A DNA stretch of 64,000 nt from Rebecca billardiae RCC1528 (Eukaryota > Protista > Haptophyta), in NCBI GenBank assembly GCA_965240325.2, contig OZ251246.1, forward strand, positions 992,001-1,056,000. The letters run 5' to 3'. Position 1 is the stretch's first letter; each line of letters opens with the position of its first letter. Position numbers and translations under genes: made by a program. Positions 43,965 to 56,918 of the stretch are shown here, in pieces. The notes under the pieces were generated by a model. That model was not told the DNA's origin. It worked only from the letters and a program-made list of their open reading frames with translations, and made no database searches.

Positions 43965-44260
43965 CTGTACCAATACATCAGCGGTGCCTTCGTCAAGCTG
44001 GCGACGATTGTACATTCCCCTGCCGGGTAAACATTCGTCAAGAATAGATACTCGGTAGTGTAGTAGTACCACCGGGAAGGGTGAGACTGTACGACGACTA
44101 CGCCATTCGTCACGGAAGCTGATTATTGTCCGCCGAAAAAATGGCCGATCCACCGTGGTCCCCGGCCAGTAGTGGCCTCGGCCCGAGTCGGCCAATAAAA
44201 TGCGCACCCTATTCACCGACGATACATCACAAGCGCGGATCCGACCCAACCGCCGTCATC

Positions 44261-44920
44261 ATGGCGGACGCCCCCGCCGAGCAGCCGGAGCAAAAGTCGC
44301 TGCTGCCGCCCTTCTCGGTCCTCAACTACAAGTACACGCTCCTCGGCCTCGCGGCATGGACCGCAATCCTGGTCGTCGCCATCGTCGCCGTCGTCGTGAC
44401 GCCGCCGCCACCTTCTGCGGGCGCGGGCTTTGCCACGCTTGGGCCGATCGGCGTCCTGGATTCTTTCTTTGCGTCTGCCAGCGTGGGCATCACGGTCTGG
44501 TACTTCTTCTTGCAGTCGCCCCACCTCTTCATGCAGCTCGGCTTCAAGAAGTTCGTGCCCCTCATGATGACGATCATGGTGCTCTACATGGACGTGCAGT
44601 TCAACCTCGGCATGCTTGTGCTCGTGCTCTCGATCGCGCGCGTGGGGGGCGCGCTGGAGACCATCCTCGCGGCCGTCGCGGCGGGCGCCGCGCTCTTCAA
44701 CCGCTTCGTCCTCACTCCGCGCGCGCTCATCGCGGGCCGTGCGTCGCGCCCGAAGCGGAACGCCGCGGAGGACAGCCGCGAGGCAGCAGACGCAGCCAAG
44801 TTTGCCAGCCTTGGCGCCGACGCCGCTGGGGACTCCGACACGGCGCTCTGGCACCGTCTGGTTGTCATCTTCGTCCTCATGCACACGGGGGCGATGTTGA
44901 CGCACGTCGTGCTGCTTTGA
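44261..44920 (+). CDS. Small multi-pass membrane protein (possibly TMEM205/DUF4149-like)
   Basis: Five hydrophobic segments, GITVWYFFLQSPHLF..LGFKKFVP, LFNRFVLTP, ALWHRL. Strong coding codon bias. Confidence 0.7.
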   Translation: MADAPAEQPEQKSLLPPFSVLNYKYTLLGLAAWTAILVVAIVAVVVTPPPPSAGAGFATLGPIGVLDSFFASASVGITVWYFFLQSPHLFMQLGFKKFVPLMMTIMVLYMDVQFNLGMLVLVLSIARVGGALETILAAVAAGAALFNRFVLTPRALIAGRASRPKRNAAEDSREAADAAKFASLGADAAGDSDTALWHRLVVIFVLMHTGAMLTHVVLL

Positions 44921-45886
44921 CGAGCATCGGCGCTCGTCGCAGTGCGCGCAGCATCCATTGGGCAGCGCAACCTGTGACGGGCAGCGCCCGGCTCATGCCC
45001 GGCTCATCGGCGTCAGCATCAGCCATCACTGCCCATCACACGCCACACGGGGACTACATTTGATTCATTCTTGGAATCACTTCAATGAATCAGCGGCAAC
45101 GGTAAGCTAGGCTCCACGGGCGCCTAAAGTGCCAGCATTGAGTGCACTCAGACTCAGTGAGATGAACGAGTGTGCATCATGTTGCCAAAGCACACCAGCG
45201 CTGCAATTGTCATATCATCAGCACAGCATTGGGCCGCACGGCCAGTGCGCGGCGACCGCCGCGACCGGGGCTGACTGCCTGACTAGTGACTGGTACTCGA
45301 GTAGCATGACGACCGCACGATTCGGCGCCCACCTCACACCTGCGCCCGCGTGCCCGATTCGGCAGACTGCCGACCGCGTATGGACCTTTTCCAATGGGTC
45401 TGTACTGCTGCGTTCAGGTACCTCACTGCTCTTCGGGACGAGAGTTTGGCACCTGGCGGGGGGGTCTGAAACCCGTCCGACCGTGGCTGGTCGTCCGAGA
45501 CCGCGTGCTGGAGTGCCGTGGCCCGATTCCAGATCCGCTTCGAGGAATCGAGCCCTAGCCGTGCACGCTTGCGTCGTGTCGCCGCCATATTGACCTATTT
45601 CTCGGCGTAGAGCCACTACAGCCGCTTCCGCATCGCCACGCCACCGCGGCCTGCGTCGCCATCTCGCCTTGTCAGCATGCGCTCGTCGGCGGTCGGCCAT
45701 CATGGACGAAAGTGACCAACCGTCGCCACTGCCGCCGACGACAAACGACCGGTCGCTCTTGGAGTGGCGGGTGGGGCGGGTTGCTCATCACCCGGACCCG
45801 AAGCTCGTTGGCGGTGGAAGCTCGTTGGACAGCGCGCGACCGACGGGCAGTGGCAGCGTGCAAGCGGCGCGGCGGAGAGGCGACCG

Positions 45887-46568
45887 ATGGCGTGCGTGAA
45901 CGTGACCGGGGTCGAGGTGCTGGACAACCCGGCGCGCTTTGACAGCGAGCTGAAGTTCAGCATCGCCTTCGAGTGCCTCTCGGCCATCCCGGACGGTGCG
46001 TGTGCCACGCGCGCAAAGCCGCCGGCTGCGCTGCGCCCGTCGCTCACGCGCCAGCCCCGCGCCGCGCGCGTGCAGACATCGAATGGAAGTGCACATACGT
46101 CGGCTCGGCGGAGAGCGAGACATTCGACCAGGAGCTCGATTCCGTCCTCGTCGGCCCCATCAGCGTGGGCTCGTATAAGATTGAGTTCACAGTGCGCGCG
46201 CGCGCTCCACAACCTTTGGCCCGCGCTCGCGCGGCGGCGCGCGCGCCAGATGGAGTGGGGAGGGGACAGCGTGGGGGGCGCATGGCGCTCAGGCTCGGAT
46301 TCGACCCCCGCCCCTCGCCGTTCGCCAGGCCCCCGCGCCCGACGCGGGGAAGATCCCGCCCGAGGACCTGCTCGGCGTGACCGTGGTGATCCTCTCGTGC
46401 TATTACCGTGAGAAGGAGTTCGTGCGCATCGGCTACTATGTGAGTAACGAGTACGACGAGCAGGAGCTCCGAGACAACCCGCCGGAACAGCCCGAGCTGG
46501 GGCGGATCGCGCGCAACATCCTTGCGGACAAGCCGCGCGTCACCCGCTACCCCATCGAATGGAGCTGA
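45887..46568 (+). CDS. ASF1: Histone H3-H4 chaperone ASF1, 3 exons
   Basis: [32 protein letters not shown]...[55 protein letters not shown]. Introns 45996-46075 and 46192-46328. Confidence 0.97.
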
Positions 46569-47156
46569 TGGGCTCGGCGTTGCAGCCGCCGCCAAACAGC
46601 CGTCGCGGCGGCGGCTTTGCGACCTGCCCTGCCTGCGGCCTCGGCGCAGTCGTATGCGCCCTTGGCCGGAGCATCGCCTGGCCCGACCCGCCAGCGACCA
46701 TGCTCGGCAGGTGCCGTCCCCGCGACTTTCAGAGGCTTAATCCCATATGACCATCCCGGCGCACGCACAACGTCACTGCGACGCCGGCGGCGGCGCCGCG
46801 TCAGACTAGTCCGACTACTAGTAGTCTGAGTCAGAGTCGGCGTCACACGCGCATCCTCTCTCTCCGCCGCCTACTGGTATGCTGCTATATACAATAATAT
46901 GATGCATGCGCGCAGCAGCAGAGATATGTTCGATGTACATATATATGCGCGCTGGCAACTCGACTGATGACGACGCGGCGCGCGTCAGCTGAGTAGCAGC
47001 AGCCGATGGAAGTCGGGAAGACGAAGGCGCGACGACAAACATCACTGATAGGTGTACATGATGATATGATGATAGTATATGCAGCACCACCGCCAGTCGT
47101 ATACATGCCGCTGTGCCAGCCGGCGCGGCAAAAGGGCGCGTGAGCACAGGTCGCGC

Positions 47157-49687
47157 TCAGACGCTGGTCGCCGTGGCGAAGGAGTCAAACGCGCTCAGGC
47201 TGGGCGGCTGCGGCCGCTTGTGGAACACGAGGTAGCCGTGCTTGTGCGCGAGTTGCACCGACTCGCACGCGTAGCACGCCGGCACGCCGCCCCACTTGAC
47301 GGCCGTGGGCAGCCCGATGGACGACTGCTCGGCCGCCTCGAGCTCGGTGAGCGCGACCGCGCTCGTGAACGGGCTGCACGGCATCCGACCGCGCGTGCCG
47401 TCGCCCTCGCCCGCGCCGTCCGCCGCGGCCACCGCCGCGATCGTCTCCTTGGCGATGCCGCCCTCCCACAGCTGGCCGCCCCACACGAACACCTCGCCGC
47501 ACGCGGTCGTGGCCGCGCCGTTGGTGTACGAGACGGACGCGTGCGCCACCGGCTGGCCCGCGAGCGCGCTGATCGGCATCGGCGTGTGGCAGCTGCGCTC
47601 GTCGTGCCCGAGCGCGCACCCGTCCGAGTCGCCCCACGAGAAGACGCGGCCGTCGGTCGTGACGGCGACCGAGCAGTAGGTCGAGGCGGCGACCTCCGCC
47701 ACCGCGCTCGGCACGTCGACGACGCGGCGCGGCGGGCGCACGCCGCGGCCGAGCGCGGCGTGCTCGACGCGCTGCCCGAGCAGGTTGCCGTTGGACACGT
47801 CGCGGCCGATCTGCGGGCAGCCGGGTCGGGGCGGCGCGTCCGGCGCGGCGGCGGCGGCGTGGCGCGCGTGAGCGTGGGCGCGCGGCGCGCGCGCGGCGCG
47901 GCGGCCGCAGCGCGGCGGCGCGTCTCGGCGGGTGTGCAGTGTGCAGGCGCGGGGTGTGCGGCGCGCACCTGGTCGCCAAAGGTGAGCAGCTGCCCCGCGA
48001 CGGTGACGACGGCGGCGTGGAACGCGCCCGCGCACAGCTGGCGCACGGGCACGTTGCTCAGCTCCTCCCACCCCTGCAGCTTGTGCCGGCCCTCGGTGCA
48101 CCAACGGCCGGCCGTCTCAACCGACAGCGTAGACGCTACCAGCACCCCACCCGCGCGCAGCTCGACGACGGCGCCGTCGGGCGTGAGCAGCGCGGCGGGG
48201 CGCGCGCGCGGCGGGAGCCCGCCCTCCGCCTCGCTGCCGAGCAGCCGGCGCCACTGCGCCGGCTGCGTCGCGCACGTCGGCTGCACCCGCTTCGGCCCGC
48301 CGTGCAGCGGCCAGTCCAGAGGCCGCCCCGTCAGAAGCGCGAGCAGGCTCTGGGCGCCGTCTGAGTCCGGCGCGCGCGCGGCCGCCGGGGCGTCGCCGCT
48401 CGGCCGCCGCGCAGGGCTCGGCGCGGCGTCGGCGGCGGCGCACGCCGCCGCCTCCGCCTCCTCCGCGCCGCGCGCCGCCGCCGCCATCTCAGCCTCCAGC
48501 GTCGCACTCGCCGCCGCGGGCGCGCCGCCCGCCTCGTCCGCGTTGGCGCCCGGCGCGCGCTCGTCGACGACGCGCTCGGTGTGCACGTGCAGCCCCGTCC
48601 AGTGCATGCCGCACGCCACGCTGAGCACGCGGCGCGCGAGCGGCGGGCCGGCCGCGCCCGCGCGCCCAGGCGCGGCGCGCAGGGCCACCGGCTCCGCGCC
48701 GCCCACGCCGAAACTTGAAGGGCGCGAGAGCGACGGCGGTGCGCCACCAAACCCGGAGACGCGCGCCGGGAAGCGGACCCAGCTGGCGCGGCTGTCGGCG
48801 GCGGCGGCGGCGGCGGCGGTTGCGTTCTCGTCGGCGGAGCTGCCCTCCTCGCCGCTGCCGCTCGACGCCGAGCTCGCACCGGACTCCGCCTCCGCCATCA
48901 CCAGCTCGCCGCCGCCGCCGTCGCCGCCGACCAGCTGGCCCACATCGGCGTTACCCCACGTGTACAGGCCCCCGTCCCGGGTGACCGCGGCGCAGTCTGT
49001 GCGTGCGCGCGCGCGCGGGGGCGAGGCGGCGGGTGGGCGCGCGCGCGGGGGTGAGCGGCGGGCGCTCCGATACACGGGGCGTCCACGCCGCATGGCCGGG
49101 CGCGCGGGCCACCGCGCGACCAGGCACGCAGCGAGGGGAGGGCAGAGGGCGGGCGCGCGCGCACATGCGCGCGCGCGCGCGCGCGCGCGCGAGGTTGCGC
49201 GCGCGCAGCGCGCACGGTAGAGGTGCTCGTAGTGGATGCGCGAGTGGTAGTAGCCCGGCGTAGAGCACGCAATGGCTACCACGTCCGTCAGCCCGGGCAC
49301 GCGCGTCGGCGCCTCGTGCACGACGGCGACGCGCCGGCGGACGCCCGGCTTCATGCACCAGAGCCCCCAGTGCCACACGGTGCCGTCGGTGGTGAGGGCG
49401 AGCGTGGCCGAGTTGGCGCAGGCGATCTGGGCGATGGGGTTGGCGAGGGAGAACTCGAGCAGCATCGGCCGCCGCGCGTCGGTCTCGAGCCCGGACACCT
49501 GGCGGCTCCCCCACGCGTACACGACGCGCTCAGGCTTCCAGTGAGGCGACGCCGCGACGACCGACCAGCGGCGGCAGACGAGCGAGACGACGCCCATCAG
49601 GCGGAAGGGGAGCTTGGCGAAGATGCACGCGAGGAGGTCATCGTCGATCTCGCTCCAGTCGACGAGCGCGCTGCGCTTGGCGTCCAT
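47157..49687 (-). CDS. F-box plus RCC1-repeat protein, 3 exons
   Basis: F-box WSEIDDDLLACIFAKLP..SLVCRRW. RCC1 repeats VYAWG, ALTTDGTVWHWG, AVTRDGGLYTWGN..GQL, CAGAFHAAVVT.AGQLLTFG, VTTDGRVFSWGD....LGH. Introns 49215-48997 and 47968-47811. Confidence 0.85.
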
Positions 49688-50139
49688 CGGTGCTGGACGG
49701 GCGCGTGCACCGCCAGTTCGTCCGTGTGCTGCGCGTGCCCCTTCAGGGACGGAATCCCGCGCGGAGGCAAACTGAGAGCAAACGCCCTGGCGCTTGATGA
49801 AGCAGAGATGCGAGCTCATCGCGCTCGCCCGGCACCGGCCCACCGTTCGTCATGACGGTTCCGGCAGCAAGGGGTGGTCCCGGCAGCACGTTTGCACCCG
49901 GATGACGGATCCACCAGGTTCGCTGCGCTTCTCAGTACCTTGGCAGTGGGGTGTTCATGAGCAGGGGGGGTGGGCAGACCGCAGACGTCCGTCCCTCCGG
50001 GGTCCGGGCTTGCGCCTCGAGCGCGGACCGGACGAAAGCGGCCTGATGCTCCAGTAATGAAGTCCACGTCCACGCCGCCAGCGGGGCACCACGGCAGGCC
50101 GGCCAAGCAAGCGCGCGCGTCTCGCACGGCGGGCGTAGC

Positions 50140-50500
50140 CTACAGACTCGTTATGCAGTAGATTGCCCCTACCCCTCGGTGAGTCTGCACGGCAGCCTGA
50201 TCAAGACTCGCCCATCTGCCGTGTGCCGTGTGCTCGTCGACCACTGCAGATTGGAGCTGCCATTCTACGTGTTGGCACTCGCGGCTGCACACGCACGGGC
50301 GCTGCGCGCCAATCAAGGGATGCTCAGATCGGTGTGCGCAAGGGTATGCGATGAATGCACGGCCACCGATGCAGAGTCGTGCACGCACAGAGTCGCGCAT
50401 GCACGCACACGCAGAGTGGACGGCGCGCACCTGCAGTGGCGCAGGAGCTCGCAGCTCGCACACTTTGCAACATCAGGCCGGGCGCATGCGAGAGGCAAGC
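50140..50500 (-). pseudogene. Degenerate 3' remnant of a fourth MYND-finger paralogue
   Basis: Spliced read (intron 50430-50285, same position as in the paralogues) gives AKCASCELLRHCSRECQHVEWQLQS. The final His/Cys ligands are lost and there is no recognisable 5' body. Confidence 0.6.
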
Positions 50501-51039
50501 GCCATCGATCAGCCTAGCGCTGTATTGTCGCCGGACCACCTTGACCAGGTAGACGCTAGACGCACTCCTCATCATCTTACCGCTATACCTGCGCGGTGCG
50601 CCTAGTGGCTTGGCCGTCGTTGGCGACCACACTGTCGGCAGACCTTGCCTGCGCAACCGCGCAACGGCCCCAGCGACGACATAATTTCACATATGGACGC
50701 GGATACGAGCAGCGCACTTTGGTAGCAACTTGATTTCCTTCGCGCGCACAGATGGAATGATGCACATAGCGAGGGCTGGCGCGTGCATGGTCGATCCGTC
50801 GATCTGACGAATACGCGCATGCGTGATGCGATCGCCCGTCCGATCTGATGATCACGATCAGACTCAGTGCGAGTGACATCATGCGACGATGAACATATAA
50901 ATATGTATACTTGATAAGCGCAGATGAATGATGACTATACATGCATATGCCGTACATCCTACGACCATCAGCACCCTGAGCATTCATATTCTCAATACTG
51001 CGCGCCCGCATGGCGCATGCCCGTGTTCAATGACCATGG

Positions 51040-52573
51040 TTACAGGGCTCGGCAAATGAAGATGGTGTGCAGCTGATCGCGCGCAGCGCGGAACGCCTTG
51101 CAGGCGGGCTTGTGCGAGTGCCAATCTGCGCGCTGGCACTCGCAACTGGGCGGGGAGGGATGGCGCGAGCGGAACGGTTGCCACCCAGTCAGCTCGACCA
51201 CATCACAACCGCGATGTATGGGCGGTGTGCGCGCACATGACAGCGCGCGTGTCGCACCTGCAGTAGCGCCGGATGCCACAGCCGCCGCACTTGGCCAGAA
51301 GAGCCTCCGCGCGGCTCTGACCGCACGCCGGGTTCGCGCAGTGCGCGCCGCGCTGCCCGTCCTCCGCCAGCTGGCTGATCGCCTCGCGCATCTGTGTCAG
51401 CAGCCGCTGCACTTGAGGTGAGTCCGCGCAGGCGGTGAGCGCGGTGGTCGCGGCCGAGATGAGGCTGCACGTGCGCTGGTCGGTGCCGTACTTCTGCCAG
51501 CCGGACACGTCGCAGAAGGCGCGAAGGAGTACGTTCTCGGCGATGTGCTTCGTCTGCAAGGCAGAGCTCTGCGGTAGCTTGAGGAGCACCTGCGCGACCG
51601 CGCCCGCCCTCCACAGCGCGCGCGCGCCGCTTTTGAGCGGCACCTCAGGGCTGCACATGAGCGCGCAGATCCCCACGGCGCAGTCGGACAGCAGCAGCCC
51701 GTCGCTCGGTTGGAGTTGGAACTTCTCGTCATTCAGCCGCTCGAACACGTCCACGACGAGCTCGGCGGCGCCACCCTTGGCGAGGGCGGTGCAAAGCTGC
51801 GCCATGACATTGTCGGCGGGCACGAGCTGCTTGGCGCGGAGGGCGAAGTCCAGAATGAGCGTGTTCATGGAGAACTGCGCAGCTTCTGAGTCGTCGTCGA
51901 GTGCAGAGCGTGTGAGCGCCAGCATGCCGCGACAGCAGGTCGGATCGGCGACCATCATCCTGATCGTGCTCTCAGGCGCGCCCTTGAGCAGATGGCGTGT
52001 CGCCCCACGCACCGCGTCACGGATGGTCTTGAAAGAGGTGGGGTCACAGGTTAAGAGCCGACAGCCGGAGAGCCGACAGCCGAAGCTGGCGATGGCGCAC
52101 AGCAGGTCCGGGAACGCGGCCCAGATGGCGTCGATCGAGTCCATCTTCGTTGCAGCCACCAGCAGCGCTACTTTTGGCGGCACGCTGACATGGATGGGAA
52201 ACAGCTTCTCTGCACCTTCTTCTTCCAGCAGCAGCGCGGGCAGGCGTGCGTTCAGCGCCTCGAGGAACAGAACCATCACCTCTCGGAACAGCGCGAGCTT
52301 GGTTGAGTCCGGGCGAGACTTCAGAGAACTCCACGCTTCCACCATGCGGCTAAGCCCAAGGGACCAGCTCTCCGCTTCTAGCAGCCCGTCATGCCGAGGT
52401 TTGCCCGCCTCGCCGAGGAACGCCGAGGTCAGCGCGCGCACGGCGGCCTCGGGGTCGATCTGATCGCCGCCAGTCGCGCGCTCACCTACGGGCTCGGTTG
52501 GGAAGATGTGGTCGCCCAGGTCCAAGATCGCATGTAGATCGCCCTCGCTCACCCGGCGCAACAGCGCGCTCAT
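51040..52573 (-). CDS. MYND zinc-finger protein, paralogue A (helical N-terminal body), 2 exons
   Basis: ATG 52573. Intron 51257-51146 yields CANPAC..AKCGGC...YCSCECQRADWHSHKPAC. Confidence 0.85.
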
Positions 52574-52715
52574 CTTCCGCCCGCGTGAACAAGGTGCGGA
52601 GGTGGCGCGCGGGTCGATGTCGATCAGATCGCGTCCGACGACGGTGGCAGGCGCGCTCGTGAGGAGCGGCGGGTGCGCAAGCTTGAACGCATCACGCACT
52701 GGCGTTGGTGCGGCT

Positions 52716-52735
52716 TTGTCCAACCGTCAGCACGG
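52716..52735. promoter_or_regulatory. Conserved upstream motif of the MYND paralogues (copy A)
   Basis: TTGTCCAACCGTCAGCACGG is identical at 58600-58619, and a variant lies at 56405-56422. Confidence 0.55.
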
Positions 52736-52984
52736 TCCTGTGCAGCTCTGGAGCTCACCGGACGCCGCCGCACGGCTGAGCGACTCTGAACCTACAGAGC
52801 AGCTTGTTAGAAGCAACGTGCACTAACTGCAATCTGACTGTCTACTGTACTCCCTTGGCATAGAGATGAGAGAGAGAGCAAAACGTCTATTGGCAGTGCG
52901 ACTACGAGGACGACGCCTCTCCCTCGTGGCTCGTCTCTTTCTCTCTCTCTCTCTCTCCGTCTCTCTCTCTGACTCTCTATGACT

Positions 52985-54322
52985 GGGTGGAATTCCCATT
53001 TTCTGGCGCACTTCCGCACTGGGGAGGCGGAAAAGCGGCATTTAATACGCGAATAAGGGGAAAAATAATAATAATGGGAGTAAAGCGCACGCAGTGCGAA
53101 GAAATTTTTTCGGGTTAGTATCAGCGTAGTTATTCGATGCGAAGCACCATCTGCTGCGAGGCGGCCTGCTTGCGCACGCGGCGTCCCGAGCACCCTCGGG
53201 CCTCAGCTGCGGCTCGGCCTGCGCACGCTCAGCAAGCTCGCGTGCGGCCTGCACCTTGCCCGCCGCCTCGACTCTCGAGCAAGAGGATCGACGTATGAGT
53301 GAGCGTGTGCCGCCGAGCTGCTGTCCGGCAGCCACCCGCGACTGCAGCCGCTGGCCGCGGTGCCTGGCCTCGGCGCGGCCCCACAGGCTCAGCGCTGGGA
53401 GCTCCTCCTCCTCCTGCGCTCCTCCTCCAGGCGTTTGAGCCGCCGCCGCCTTGGCCGCCTCGTCCTCGTCGATCAGCTGAACGGCGGGAGTGATGTCTCT
53501 GCTCAGCTGAGTGTGACGTGACAAGCGAGGCGACGAGCGACAGCAGCCCGATGACCAAGCCGACGAGCTCATCGTACGAGCCGTCACGCGTGCGCTCGTG
53601 CCGTGTCTGAGCTGGCTCGCGCTCGTACGCCGACCAGGCTTTGCTCGGACTGAACGCGTGTGCTCAGGCGTCCTTGCGTGTGCGCTTGGACGGCCGCGGG
53701 CCGTCATCTGGTCCGACCGCGCGCAGCTCGATCTCGGAAGCGTTGAGCTGCTCCGCGGTTGACTCAGCCTCTGCCCCAGGCTCGACCACGGCAGCAGGCC
53801 CCGCAGCAGCCGCCAGGTAGCATCGGCAGGAGCCCCTGCGCCACCCGACGCCGTCCGCACATCGGCCAGCTCAGTGGCGCACACGCGCTGGACCACGGCC
53901 TCGCCGCGCTTGACGCGGATGTGGTGCCAGGTCGTCGTGCCAATCGTTTGGCTATCGACAACGGGCACGGGCACCTCGATCACGACAACGCCTGTCGCGT
54001 AGGCTGTGTAGCGATGTCCGTCCACGACTCCGTCGTGGGTGGACGGCGCACGCCATCGCGGCCGTGGGCGCAAGTGTCTCGTGAATTGTTTTTTATTCAC
54101 TAATAATTCGCCCAGCCGCTACATCGAACTCGACAACGGTTGCTTTTACACCCGCGGTCTTTTGACTGTGCAAATGGGGCGCCGCCCCATGCTCAAATCC
54201 GAAGAGAACGAAGATGTAAAAGTGTCTGGTCCCTAGATACTGTGCTGTCCGGGTCCCGGTCCGGTCAGATCTGAGCAGCCGGATTTTCCACCCGGACAGG
54301 CCAGAAAATGGGATTTTCACCC
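52985..54322. mobile_element. Non-autonomous DNA transposon, 1338 bp, 23-bp TIR, 4-bp TSD GACT (Sola2-like termini)
   Basis: GGGTGGAATTCCCATTTTCTGGC (52985-53007) vs GCCAGAAAATGGGATTTTCACCC (54300-54322) match at 21 of 23 positions. GACT lies directly on both sides. Subterminal regions are AT-rich. Confidence 0.8.
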
Positions 54323-54328
54323 GACTGA

Positions 54329-56244
54329 CTACTCAGACCGTCCAGGACTTGTCGGAGATGGCGCGCAGCTGATCACGCGCGGCGCGGAACGCCTTGCAGG
54401 CGGGCTTGTGCAAGTGCCAATCTGCGCGCTGGCACTCGCAACTGGGCGGGGAGGGATGGCGCGAGCGGACCGGTTGCCACCTAGCCAGCTCGACCACAGC
54501 CGCGATAGATAGGCGGTGTGCGCACACATGCGACATGACAGCGCGCGCGTGTGCGTTGCACGCACCTGCAGTAGAGCCGGATGCCACAGCCAGCGCACTT
54601 GGCCAGATGAGCCTCTGCGCGGTTCTGTCCGCACGCCGGGTTCGCGCAGTGCGCGCCGCGCGGCCCGTCATCCGGCAGCTGGCTGATCGCCTCGCGCATC
54701 TGTGTCAGCAGCCGCTGCACTTGAGGTGAGTCCGCGCAGGCGGTGAGCGCGGTGGTCGCGGCCGAGATGAGGCTGCACGTGCGCTGGTCGGTGCCGTACT
54801 TCTGCCAGCCGGACACGTCGCAGAAGGCGCGAAGGAGTACGTTCTCGGCGATTTCCTTCGTCTGCAAGGCGGAGCTCTGCGTCAGTTTGAGCAACACCTG
54901 CGAGACCGCGCCCGCCCTCCACAGCGCGCGCGCGCCACAGTTGAGCGGCACCTCCGAGGCGCACATGAGCGTGCAGATCAGCACGGCGCAGCTGGACAGC
55001 AGCGGCGCGTCGCTCGGTTGGAACTTCTCGTCGTTCAGCCGCTCGAACACGTCCACGACGAGCTCGACGGCGCCACCCTTGGCGAGGGCGATGCCAAGCT
55101 GCGCCATGACCTTGTCAGCGGGCGCGAGCTGCGTGGCGCGCAGGGCGAAGTCCAGCGCGAGCGTGCGCATGGAGAACTGCGCAGCTTGCGAGTCGTCGAG
55201 TGCAGAGCGCGTGAGCGCCAGCATGCCGCGACAGCAGGTCGGATCGGCGACCATCTTCCTGATCGTGCTGTCAGGTGCACCGTTGATCAGATGGCGTGTC
55301 ACGTCACTCACCATGGCATGGAATTTCTTAAAAAGGGTGGGGTCCTGGTCTGAGAGCCAGGGGCAAGAGCGCGAGAGCCGACAGCCGAAGCTGGCGATGG
55401 CGCACAGCAGGTCCGGGAACGCGGCCCAGATGGCGTCGATCGAGTCCATCTGGGTTGCACCCACCAGCAGCGCCACGGCTAGCGGCAGCGGGAAGCGACC
55501 ATAAAGACTGGCCGCAGCAGAGAGCCTCGATGGAGGCCGTTTTGAACGCGCTCGCGCGCGGCGAGGTGATCTGTGTAGGGTCGTTCGGCGCTGTGGGCGC
55601 CTCGAGGGCGTCAAGGTAGACCGCGCCCAAGCGGCTGTCGCCCCCTGGATCGGCCTCTCCGCGCCGTGCGAGGCCGCGGCGCGCGGGCGGTAGACGACCT
55701 CCTGTCTGACGGCCGAAGGTCCGAGTGGTCAAGCCCCAGTGCGTTTCGCCAGCGGCGCACGCCAGCCTGACGGGCGGCCGGGCCCCGCGTTTCCGCAAAT
55801 GCGCGAAAATCTTTTTTTGCGTCGATTTCACGGTAGGCGACCACTCGGACCTGGCGCAGTCAGGAACAAGCTATGAGAGAGCCGCCGAAGCGGCCAGTCT
55901 TTATGCTTCCCTGCAGCCTCTTCTTCCAGCAGCAGCGCGGGCAGGCGTGCGTTCAGCGCCTCGAGGTACGGAACCATCACCTCCCGGAACAGCGCAAGCT
56001 TGGTTGAGTCCGGACGAGACTTCAGAGAACTCCACGCATTCGCCAATTGGCCAACCCCGATGGACCATCCCTCCAGCCCGTCATGCCCAGGTTTGACCGC
56101 CTCGCCGAGGAACGCCGAGGTCATCACGCGCACGGCGGCCTCGGGGTCGATCTGATCGCCGCCGGTCGGACGCTCACCCAGGAAGTCCAGGTCCAGGAAT
56201 GCATCCAGATCGCCGTCGCGCACGCGGCGCAACAGCGCGCTCAT
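54329..56244 (-). pseudogene. MYND zinc-finger paralogue B, interrupted by a MITE in exon 1
   Basis: Near-collinear with paralogue A, including the 5' flank. Intron 54565-54442. The reading frame runs into the insertion and stops at 55828. Confidence 0.75.
55500..55905. mobile_element. 406-bp MITE with perfect 16-bp TIR
   Basis: CATAAAGACTGGCCGC (55500-55515) and GCGGCCAGTCTTTATG (55890-55905). Absent from paralogue A. Internal 14-bp inverted repeat at 55717-55730 / 55839-55852. Confidence 0.88.
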
Positions 56245-56918
56245 CTTCCGCCCGCGTGAACAAGCGGCGCGAAGGTGGCGCGCGGGTCGATGTCGATCAG
56301 ATCGCGTCCGACGACGGTGGCAGGCGCGCTCGTGAGAGGAGCGGCGGGTGCGCAAGCTTTGCTGCTCACGAACGCGCGGCGCTGCGCGGCTTGAGCTTGG
56401 CCATTTGCCAACCGTCGTCACGATCCGGCTGTTCTCGCCGGACGCACGGCACGGCTCAGCAGCAGACAAGCAGCTTGCATGACTGTCTAGTACTCGACTA
56501 CTCCCGTGGCTTAGCCAAAGACTGCCGACGCTGCGGCGCTGCGCACCCGCAGGGGCCACACCTCTTGATGACAGTTGATAGACTTCATGATCATCATCAG
56601 TCTCAGCCCCTCCCTCTCACCATGTGGCATGTGACACTTGGCGTCTGTCCCGCCGGTCTGCGCCGGGGCCAGGACGCCGTAGACGTACGGTCACAGCTCA
56701 CTCAAGCTGACGCCACGAGTACGCCTGTGTGCGCGCGTGACAGCCGGAACAAGACGCCCGAGTCGATAGAGTGCCCGCAGGCGCTCCTAGCACGGCGCAC
56801 GTGCAGTCCACGGATCCCCGCAGGGATGTGCTTACGCGTGGATCGCACGGAGAATGTGGAGAATGTGCTCAACTTCCGGAGCCGGGCACTCGCAGGCGCG
56901 GCGGTCGGAGATGTCGTC

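Noticed and set aside
45218-45703. Minus-strand ORF upstream of ASF1
   Set aside because: No recognisable motif and weak codon bias, so it cannot be supported as a gene.
50028-50065. Hammerhead-like words GACGAAAG and CTGATG
   Set aside because: CTGATGA is incomplete and there is no room for stems I and III.
52866-52978. (GA)n/(CT)n tracts forming a loose inverted pair
   Set aside because: Low-complexity microsatellite complementarity. The real element boundary is the TIR at 52985.
55711-55745. tRNA D-arm-like GGTCCGAGTGGTCAAG in the MITE
   Set aside because: No T-arm GTTCRA and no cloverleaf. It is one half of an internal 14-bp inverted repeat.
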